Assembly (NCBI GenBank): GCA_001642005.1
Contig: LWCA01000057.1
Location: 1,550-65,549, forward strand
Reading direction: 5' to 3'
DNA: 64,000 bases
Source: Intoshia linei
Taxonomy: Eukaryota; Animalia; Orthonectida
The notes beneath the pieces were generated by a model. The model made no database searches. It was not told the origin of the DNA and worked only from the letters and a program-made list of their open reading frames with translations. Below, in pieces: positions 25,995 to 37,600 of this stretch. Position numbers and translations under genes: made by a program. Position 1 is the stretch's first letter. Every line of letters starts with the position of its first letter.

Positions 25995-28900
25995 ATGTAT
26001 AGTGATGATGAAGATGGAAATAACAAGCAAAGAGATAAACCTAAAAACGAACCTCATAAGATTTTTTCAAAGATTTTTAAATTTTCGGACAGGAACCGAA
26101 AAAGCAAAACACCAGACCCAAATTATTTACAACAAAACCATCTCAAACCAGAATCGCCTTCAAATTTGGAAAGGAACAAATCAATTGGGTTTAGTGTATA
26201 TTTGGATGAAGATAAGATGAGCCATGACTCTGATAGTACCGATGACGATAACAATGTTTCTAATCTATACTCTAACAATTATCCATATCAATGCATCGAC
26301 GATACTTTTTATAGAGATAGAATCGATTTTGGGCCTAGAAATGAAAATATTATCAATAGACGACGTACAATTAACAGCACTGTCACCGATTATTTTGGTC
26401 CAACAGCTGTAGGCCCACATCAAGTTTATATTGACACACAACAATACAATATTTCTTCTAAATCTCTCACTTTTAGTCAATCTTTGAGATCCTATCGCCC
26501 TCCCAAGATAATAAACAACTATCTCATTTGTGGTCTTTTAGGCTCCGGCACTTTTGGTACAGTTCATGAATGTATTCATATTTATACTCTCAAGAAATGT
26601 GCAGTCAAAATTTTTGACGAGAAGCGTGTGCAAAGGATGATAAATGGTAAAAAAAATATTGAAAGGTTTTTATTATTTTATCTCAATGCTATTTTTAAAT
26701 TAATTTCAAAAATTCACACATCTTGAAATTTATCGTATATTATTTGCGTTTGCTCATTTTTTCAATGTCAAAAAAATTAGTACAATGAATTAATTTATTG
26801 CAATACATTATTATATTACATAATGTAGGTCGGATTGGTTTTTATAATTAGTATCTGCGATCTATAGTACTATAATTTGCAAAATTGTATTTTTATGATT
26901 TATGAAATTTTTATAGCACTAATGTTTACTTTTAGCTCAAATCCATACATTGAAAATTTTACTTTTATGTAGACTTTGTTGAAACTGTTATATTACTTTT
27001 TATAACTATTTAAAATATTGGAAAGTGTCGCAGTTGTGTCTTGTTCTATTTACATAAGTAAAATACTTTGTAAACCTTAAAATATAGCTATTACATGTAT
27101 TTAATATTGCGATTTATAACTTTTACGTTGATTTTTAAATTAATGCTGTTTGTACAAGTCAAGTACAGATGAACATTTTTTAACTTTTTTCATTTTAGAC
27201 GCGCACATTTTATTACATTTATAATTGGAATTCATAGATGTAAATAAATAAATATTTTTTGTGAATCTTGGAATAATTATCGTTCCATTTATAATTGAAA
27301 AGTTTCATTATATTATTATTTCTAGCACCTAGTACATGTTCTCTCAGTATTCCTTGTTGAATATTTTATATCTCAAATTTGTTTGATATATTTATTATTG
27401 CAATTTAGTTAAGTTTCATCACACCAGTGCCAATTTATTGTTATGTAGTACTAGTTCAGTTGAGACTTTTCTTTGACCCAGATTCAGAACTACCGTAGCG
27501 GAGACTCTTTCGGCTTCTTAGAAATTTTTGTAAAATGGGGTTCATTTTTCTAATTTCAGCATTGCAAAAATATTTTTCAACATCATATCTGTCAACTCCC
27601 GGCTAGGGTATATGACAACAGACCATTCTAAATGAAAGGATAACATTAGAAAAAAATTTAGTAAATTAGCAACACGTCAAAAAATTTTCACTCCAACAGA
27701 GGAAAGCTGAAAAACCTCAGGCTACCGCTGAATTAAACAGTGGTCCCAATTCAAATAGTGTATAGACTCCCATTTCAAAATATTTATTTTTTTAGATCAC
27801 AAAGGAAACATGAAATATAAAACATTTATGAAAAAATTAAACGTTTTTTCTCATAAGATTTGGTAAAATCGTTTTTTTTTTTAAAAAAATATTGGAAAAA
27901 GGGGATTTTTCCGTTAAACTTTAAGGGTTGATAAAATTGGATGTTTTATTTTGTGGTTTGATTAGGTGAATTTTTCTCATAAGATTTGGTAAAATCGTGT
28001 TTTTACTTGAGGTTTTGAAATGGTATTTTTTATTAATGGTTGGATAAAAGTGGGATTTTTCAAATAATAATGTCGCAGTTGTCTAGGATTTTGGACAAAT
28101 TCCCAACATCTTGCTACTCTGTTAATAAGTACAGATTAAAAATAAAAACAAACAAAAGTTGATAAAATTTTTTTTACATTTTATTTAAATTTCACGGACC
28201 ACATGTATATAGTTTTGAACCGCCAATCGGGAATCACTGGTATAGAGGAACCATATTTTTTAATTTATATCTAGGGAAGTACAATTTTCCTCTGACCCGG
28301 TTTCAATGTTGGCTCTCCCAGATTATGTGGCATTGTATCAACTCAAAATTTTTGATAATAGGGTATCGATCTTGGTAGGTTCGGCGCTGGTGCGCTGTAT
28401 TGAAATATTATTTCATATCGAGTTGGTCTCATGGAGCCACCGACATAGTTATAGATACATAAGTCTAGTTTCTTAAACGTAAATCTTGATCTTTGTTAAA
28501 TAATAGTAAAATTTATCAAACAGTAATTTGAGCTACAACTAAGTATAATGGAACTAAATGTATGAATATTTTCTCTTTTTTAAAATTTTAAGTATAATTT
28601 AGACTAGATTTTAGTTGGCATTTATGTTTTAAATTCAAGGATGGTTATTGTAAAATTTTTATTTTTAAATTTAATTTAATTTAGAGAATTGGCTTCTCTT
28701 GAAAAAATTAAAAATCCATACATTATTTGTTTGATTGATGTTTATCGAGTTTCAGAAAAAAATAAACTCTACCTTTTTATGGATCACTGTGAAATTGATT
28801 TGCACTCTCTTATAGGACTTTGTAACAACGAATCACTATCAGAATGGCGTACTCATCGGTTTTTATTATATTTACATGTTAATGTTCATTACTGGGTATG

Positions 28901-30348
28901 ACTATCACTAAAATATCCGAACACGATTGGCTTTGATTTTACGGGGCAAAATATAATGATAAAATTAATTTTAATAAATAAAATATAATATATTACAATA
29001 TTGTACCAAGGACCGTGGAAAGCCAGTAGTAGGGCCGATCAGATGGAAATTGTAGGCCCTATAATTTTTTTTTAAAAATGGGATGTCTATACATTCTTTA
29101 ATCGATCTTTGACATACTTAAGAAATTTTACAACAGTAACTATTAATACATTAAATTATTGGGCCTCATGATTGTAGGCCCGGGCCATATTCCCCTGTCC
29201 ACGGTCCTGGTAATACCTAATAATCATTAGGTAATTTACATATTAAACTTTTTTGTGTATAAAACATCAGATTCATATTCATAAATTGGATAAAATTCAT
29301 ATTGAATATTCAACCCTTAATATATAAAAATGTAACATTTGTCTCTAACCATTTATTTAAAAATCTAAAATGATTTATATAAATCTAAAATTTAATTTCA
29401 ATTTTTTATTGTAGATATTTTACACAATTAGTGGAAGCTGTCGAATATCTCCACAATATATACATAATTCACAATGATATCAAACCGTCCAATATTTTAA
29501 TTACTAGGGAAAATTGTATAAAATTGGCCGATTTTGGAACAGCAACAGTAAATTTTTAATCGTAAAATATGATTTATTTTAGATTATAAATAACATGTCC
29601 CAAAATGATATGATTAGTAGCAGCGAAGGAACTCCAGCTTTTCAACCACCAGAAATTGCTCAAGGAAGAGTTAATTATAACGGGTTTAAAATCGATATAT
29701 GGACTTTGGGAGTTACATTGTAATATTTTATTGACCGAAATTGCATTTAATTTTTTGTAGATACTATATGACGACTGGAATGCTTCCATTTAATTCCGAA
29801 TGTGTATTAGAATTATACAATTGCATAGAAAGGTGCGACTTACAAATTCCAAATTATGTCGAAAAACACATAGCTGACCTTGTAGTAAATATAATGAAAA
29901 AAAACCCTGAAGATCGATTCACCCTATTACAAATAAAGCGTTGCATGTAATTTCTGAGTTGATGTTAAACGTTGATAAATATTTTAGATGGTACACAACT
30001 GCTAAAAATGTACGGGAAGACAATGTTTGCATAGAAAAAAAAATGGAGGAATGCGATTCGATAAACAATTTCATAATACACTTTCGGCAGCATTTAAATT
30101 ATTGCAAGGAAAACAACATAAAAATTACCCATAACAACATGGATTTGGGTGCATCAAAAATAAACTGTAGAACTGAATTGCCCGATGTATATGACCCGCG
30201 TCTAGACGAATCGTTAACTGTGACACGTGAAACAAGTCTCGGCAACACATCTACTGTTGCACTGTCCAATGAAATTATTGAAACTCAAACTAAAAGAAAA
30301 AGCATTAAAAGTGATGGAAAATCGACGGGTAGTTGTAGAATTTTGTAA
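25995..30348 (+). CDS. STK11: Serine/threonine kinase LKB1/STK11 (PAR-4)
   Basis: Exons 25995-26665, 28685-28858, 29415-29547, 29583-29719, 29761-29946, 29988-30348. [20 protein letters not shown] and the LKB1-diagnostic [13 protein letters not shown]...GFKIDIW; C-terminal CAAX (CRIL). Confidence 0.92.
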
Positions 30349-30543
30349 ATATACCAATACCTGTAATCATTTTAACCACAAATTTTATATTGGAAGCAAT
30401 TTTAACTCAAAATTTTTGTAAATTGTATCTTGTAAATGAAATTACAAGATAATAATAAATGTAAATGTTTCCCGAGATATTGTATTGTTATGCGTTACCT
30501 GTGTTTATTGATTATATGATCACATCTGGATTGTTCCTGCAAT

Positions 30544-31476
30544 ATGGATACTGTCGATAAAGAGTAACATTTTAAATGGTTAAATTTTATTGTTAGACGC
30601 GTTAGGTGTATCCTTGATAAACTTACTTATAGCCAGTTTGAAGAGTTTTCTGAAAAACAGTATCCTCTGGACAAGGAAAAAGTTGAAATTTTTTTATTTA
30701 CTACTGGGTTAATTTAATTTTTAATTTAGAAAAATCAACTAATCAAAGAATTGCAGGATAAACATTACAAAAACTACATGAATAAGGTATTAGAGGCTCA
30801 AAACTCTAGTGATGTTTGTTTGAGTTCTATATGTAGTGATGAACATTCTGAAAGTATAAATGTTGAGGATTCAAACAATAGTGATCTGTGTTCTCCAATA
30901 ACTTTACCTGAAAAACATTTTGCAATACCAAAAATATGGTATACGGGTGATATAAATACTTTCAAGCGCGAACTGAAAAACTCTAATGATCGAATCACCA
31001 TTGCATGCCTTTCCTATGCCATGGTACTTTTTTCCGAATAAATTGTAAATTTTTAGATATCGGTACCAACGTATAATAAAAAAAACACAATATTTTGGGA
31101 ATTTGCAAGTGATCACTATGATATTGGATTTGGGTTGTATTTTGAATTTAATGATTCTCCACCCGATAACATCGAAATTTATTATGCAGAGTCGTCTGAT
31201 AATGAATCTCAAACAGACGACGATGTTAATTCTACTGAAAACGAGTCTTTTGTAAATAATTCTAGAGAAAATGATAAAAAAATCAGCGAAATTATACCAC
31301 TGCGGAGGGTACTTAATTTTTGAATATTTTATACAATTACTTAGATAGAATCTCACCGTAATATACAATGCGGATCTCATGAATATCCTTCAAAGGGGAC
31401 GTACATGTTTAAATTTGACAACTCATACTCATTGTTTCGTTCAAAATTGGTTTATTTCAGAGTTTTTTCTACGTAA
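30544..31476 (+). CDS. ACBD3/GCP60-TMED8-like Golgi protein (Q domain + split GOLD domain, no ACB domain)
   Basis: Exons 30544-30563, 30597-30681, 30730-31023, 31057-31308, 31345-31476. TYSQFEEFSEKQYP..NQLIKELQDKHYKNYM (Q-domain-like), IFWEFASDHYDIGFGLYFEF and GSHEYPSKGTYMFKFDNSYSLFRSK (ACBD3-type GOLD). Confidence 0.85.
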
Positions 31477-31624
31477 TTGACTCATGTTTGTTGTAATTAA
31501 AATGTACCTATGAATTCAAAATTATTGATTTTTATATGTTTATTTATGCCATGCTTTTTTTGTTTAACAATTATATTTTCTCAATTAAATCACAAAGAAA
31601 GTGTTACTCGTTCAACAAGTATAC

Positions 31625-34600
31625 ATGTCTAATTCATTAAATGAAAAGCATGCCGAACATGTTACAGAATATTTGACTACAGGTCCGAGCATAATACATT
31701 TAATATTTGATTCATTTATTAGATGATCGTATAAACATAGATTTGAAAAAACAATATCTCAATAAATGCAACCAGGTTGGGTGTTATACTGTTGGAATTT
31801 TATACAGAAATTGCATGGTCCAGAACCTTGAAATAATTAATAGAGGATTTCGTCTCTTAGAATTTCAAGTGTTGTGCAATTTTTTGGGGGTATCCTGATT
31901 TATGACATTGTCTTTATAATGAAACGTTTTAGCTGAGTAAATACATCAAAACTGTAAATCTGGCAAATAATTGGATCAATGAGCCATTTAGTGGGCATAT
32001 AGTCAATCTTATGTACAAAAATGTTAATATAAAAGTGTGGGTAATGATTGATAAATTTAAAAAATATTCTTTTGATACAGAATCTTGCGGGAAATCGATT
32101 TGGCGATGAAGGGGTCAGAAGGATTTGCAATGCTGTATCAAACTGTCATCATATTGAGTATTTAAATTTAGAAAGTAATTTTATGATGAGTATTGGTTTT
32201 TTTTAATTTAATTATTAATTAATCAATTTTTTTGATTTTTATACTTTAAATATTACATTTTTTGACTTGAAAAACATTCATATTGCATATTTCAATCAGA
32301 ATTCACTGATTCAATTAATCAAATTACAATTAATATAATAAATCAATAATCTTTTAATCAAATCAATAATTCTATAATGTACAACGTAATATATTTAAAC
32401 AACACATGTATCAAATTAATAGATTGTCAATTGAAAGAATCTGATTCGATGTACATCGCCTCCATGATTGCGGTTTTAAATTTATACTTCAGAAATATTG
32501 ATTTTAGAGTAGTAGCTTCAGCTGGGACCATAATATTTTAATGATTATTTTTTAGAGAGTAGAAACATACAAGAACTTGCTTCGTCTAAAAAATTTTTAA
32601 TTATAGTTTTGTCAGAAAATCACAAATTTTTTTTAAATTTATGCCATGATTTCATTGTAGACAGATTTGTAGACAGACAGATTTTAATACAATATTATAA
32701 TTAATCCTTTACTTATATATTAATAAATGAAAATTATTACACATATAACATATTTATTATATATATTTTACATATTTATATAAATGTCTGTGTGTGTTTT
32801 TGTGTGTAACTATTTATTGAAAACATTGACAGTCACACGTTTTAAAACCCACTTTCTAGTACAGTTTTACCCAGGACGTGTTTTTATCCATTTTTCAATT
32901 TTAGAATTTAAGTTCTTCAGGGTCAAAAACCCCATTTTTCCTTTTGTTTAAAAAAATAAAACCAAAAATTTAATAAAACATATACTCTGGAACGCATATC
33001 TTCATGATCAAAACTACAAATTACCCTTTGTTTTAAAAATTTAAAATGTCTTAAAATTTTTTTAAACATAAATTCTGGGATAATTTTTAAAATCATAAAC
33101 ATTATCATAAATGGAAACCTCACAAAAAATAATTTTCACGATCAAAACCAGACATAACTATATTTTTTTTTAAATGAAAGCACCCTTGAAATTTAAAAAA
33201 ATTTCAGATGGCACAGTTGTATTCTGTTAAAACATACAGACATTTCAATCTGAATAAGTGACGACTTCACGGTCAAAAAAGTTGTTTAATATTCATTTTT
33301 TTTATTTTGAAATTATTTTATTAACAAAAACAAAAAATTTGAAATAATTAATGGTCCGAAAATTAAAAAAAAAAGATTACTCTGATAGACCTTATTCGAG
33401 TTGATATGGACAAAAAATTTCATCCCCAGAAATCTATGCAATTCCGGTGATTAATAATTTATATTATCAAGCAATATTTTTCAAATATTTGCATTAACAA
33501 TTTGGCAGAGCTAGGTGCTGTTTATACGAAGTATATAATAGTCAACTTAGTACAATATAATAACCTGTATAATTAATAATTATACAATTCTGAAAATATT
33601 TTTAGTTATTTTTCAAAATTGGGGTTTTTGGTCCTGAACTTAAGGACCTTAAGATGTTTGTTTCTGAGACTGAAATTTATAATAAGTATCTTATAATTAT
33701 AATTACATTATAATTCAATTTCTTTTAAAACATGTAATACAATTTGTATTTTTTAATTCTTGGTTTTAATTAATTTCTTATGAGTTTTGATTGAATATCT
33801 TCTGTGTGCCTCTAATATCTTATGTATGTTCCAATTTATTTCAAAAATTGAAAACCCAAGACTTAAAAATTTTTAATTCTCGGTTAATTTTTTTCTGAGG
33901 AAGCAAATAATATCAAATTCAATTTGATAAAATTGCTTCTTCACGGTCAAAACGCAAACTCAAAAAAAGACAGTAAAAACTAAGTCTTTGAATTTAAAAA
34001 AAATCATACATGTTAGTTTTATAATATTTCTTTTAATTGATTAAACCAATTACTGTAAAAGGTTGCTTATTCATGAAATAAAAGTAGTGATGTATATTGG
34101 TAAATTAAACCGACTTCTATTAGAAATTTATAATATGAGTTTTTTATCATTATTATAAATTGTTCTCAGAATTTATTGTTAAACGATTTTTCACGATTAG
34201 TATTAATTTCCACATTACAGGTTGTAATTTTCACTCGCATGGGTTTGTTTGTTTTTCACTATCATTAATGTATAAAAATATTTAATAAAATCTTAGAACT
34301 CAAGTTCATTAAATGTTTTAAATATAAGCAACAATTTATTTGGAGTCGAAGGATCGAAAAATATTGCTCTAGGTTTGGGTAATATCTTTTATTTTCTAAT
34401 CTGCAATGTTTTCATTTTACATTTAAATTTTTAATGTAATATAATAATTTGATTTAGTGTAGATTATATCGTGGTGGTTAAAGTGTCTATTTTTAATTAA
34501 ATTTTTGTGATAATCTTCAAAAATATATAATTGAAAATTGTTATATTCTGTTATTAATTTTGTAAAGATTTAATTTTAAGGTGGTAAATAATATATCTGC

Positions 34601-37600
34601 CAACTAATGAAAAATGAATTTTTGCGAAATATTAAATAACAGACTTACACCTATTGCATTTCATCTACTCATGCGGCAAATAAATATTTTGATTATCTGT
34701 AAAATTGTAAATATCCCCTATTTTTAGAATTTTTATAAAATATTTAAAATTAAATTGGTTTAAAAGTTTCCTTTAAAAAATAGAGAAGAGAGTTTTGTCC
34801 TTATATTTATAGTTACTTTAAGATAATTATGGTTTATTTAATTTTAAAAATCCCTACGTAGACCCGCGGTCTTAACGTGCTACGAATTGATTTGAATGGT
34901 TGCAATAAGAACATTAAATTGTCCAAAAATAAGAAAAATTAAAAATTTATATAATAATATAATGGTTTTGCAAAAACAGTAAATAATAGTTATTATTTTT
35001 CAAAAAAATAAATATTTTGAAATGGGCCTCCTTACACTATTTAAATCGGGAACCACGTAAGCTATTATGGTAAATGTTTAGTTTACATAATGTCAATTTA
35101 ACTAAAAAATTATCAATAAATATAAGCAGTGTACTGTTTTAAAAAAGGTATTATTGGATCTTGTTACTACACCTGTTTTAATTTTAATATCAGTGATTTT
35201 AATTTAAATCGAAAAAGTTGTATCTGTAGAACACATATCCACGACTGGCCACAGGCCAATAGTCATCCATGTTATGTAAAATATAAATAATTATATTTAT
35301 TTTGATAGTTAAAAACAAAAGCCTAACAAAATTAAATGTAAGCACAAGTTTTGTTTCAGGATTTGGAGCAACATCTTTGATTAAAGCTATTGATGTATAA
35401 ATATCTTAACCAGTGTTTCTTAGCCGTGGGCTAGACCCCACTGGCGGGCCTTCGATATTTTGATAAAGCCTGAGAAATTTCACGAATTTATTCAAATTAT
35501 GAAACTTTAGATTAATCTAATGTCAATTCTGTACAATACTAGCTTGACTTTTATGTAATTCGTTCAAACAGTAGCTAGTTCTGCAAGTAGGATTTTTAAG
35601 TTAGATTTTCGACGTGAATTTATTTTTTAAGTATAATAAAAATGTGCCCTCGGTAGAGCTAGGTTCTGTTTGTACGTAGTACATAACAGTCAACCTAGTG
35701 TTTTATAAAATGCTGTAATTTTTTAAATTTTTCAAAAAACGGGTCATTTGGAGGTTTAAGCATGAAGATGTAAGTTTCTCAGGTTGAGATTGACGACAAT
35801 AATAATTATGTTAAAACAAGTCCCAGAATTTATGTTCTTTAAAATTCTAGGACTGATTTTATTATTTATTAACAAAACACATAATTTGTATTTTTAATCA
35901 TAAAGGATCAATTTATGAAAATAAAATTTGCGATAATATAACTCTACAAAATTTATTAGAAATTGATGTTTTTTAATTTTAGGACTTATTATTAACATTT
36001 ATTCAAACGGTAACAAACACTGACATTCAATTTTATATAAGTAAAGGATTATCATGTGTCATACCCAATATTAAGAAAAACTGTAAGAATAGCCAGGTTC
36101 AGTGATATCATTAATTCTATAAAATATATCTTATATTAGCTCGACTTTCGACAATAAAAGCTTTCGATTAGTAATTTAGTAGAAAATTATAGTTTTATTA
36201 AAAAATAATCACTGAATTAATAATAATTCTTTTTTGACTGTTATATCACCCCAAAAAATGTCTTAACGGTCATTTTTTGGTGAAGTGGGGCTTAGCATAA
36301 AAAAGACTGGGAAACACTGATTTAAACTAAGAGTATATTGAAAGTACCAAAATTGGGAGTAATCTTACAATATTTAATAATTTTATGAAATTAAAAATTT
36401 ATAATTAAAAAAATGGAAAATTAATTAAAAAGTACTTTTAACTTTTAAAATCTAATCAATATATATAATATCTATTAAATTGGTATAATTATCAATTCTA
36501 TTTAAAGGAATGCATGACATTGAAATGGATAGATTTATCAAGTAATACAATAGGTAATGATTTTAAAAATGCAAATAAAAAAATGTATTAATTTATTTAA
36601 TTTTAGGTAGAATTGGTGCAAGAGTTATATCTGAAGTATTGGCTGATAATTCAAGTTTGATGCATTTAAATCTTTCAAATACGCGTTTGTGCGTTCAATC
36701 AATGCTATTATTATCAAGTTCATTTAAAACTAATCAAGGCTTAAAATATATTAATGTAAAATTATTTATATATTTTATAATACAAATATTAATCAATTAG
36801 GTAGTAACGTTTAAATTTTATGGTCTTGGAAAGATTATATATATTGTTTTACTTTATTTTTTGATGCAGTATAATCCTGTTTTAAGACATTATATCAATA
36901 CTATAGATATATTTATCCTGTTAATGTAAGGTAGGTGGTGCTGTATTAGGGGCCAAACGCATATAATGTATTTAAATTGGAATTATTATATTATGTTTAT
37001 TAAATATTTCTATTCATAATAATAATTTATTTTTTTATTTTTTTTTCTAGTTTTTATTCTACTAAATTTTTCAATGTTGACATTCAACTATTGAGTTGTT
37101 CAACTGCATCAAAATCGACAATTCCGGTAAGTTATATTTCGATTATGAACAACGTTAAGTCCGATAATTTAACTTAAACTTATGTTACTAACATAAAAAA
37201 TAATACATAGATTAATGATAAATGATCATTATATACATAAAACGTAAACCGTTAGTCCTAGAATTTTTTTTTAATTTTTCACAATATTAATACACAAATT
37301 GAAATATTTTAGGGTCATATTTGTCACCAAAGAGGGCCTGCACTCACCTACATTCGCTATTGGCTGTCTCATACATATTTTGCTCCAATTTACTTCGATT
37401 TTGGAGTACGTTTGTTAAATAATGATATAGTGCAGTGGTTGTAGGCACGGATTTTTATTTCTATTTATATTTCTTCCCTGTCTGAATATACAATTAAAAA
37501 GGTCAAAAAAATAAGGGATCCGTACTCCATTGGAATCGGGAACTACTGATGTAATATCATCATCAATTGACAATATTATTCTTATCCATATTGTCGAGAT

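Noticed and set aside
30904-31380. 158-aa minus-strand ORF
   Set aside because: Antisense to the ACBD3-like exons with no recognisable motif.
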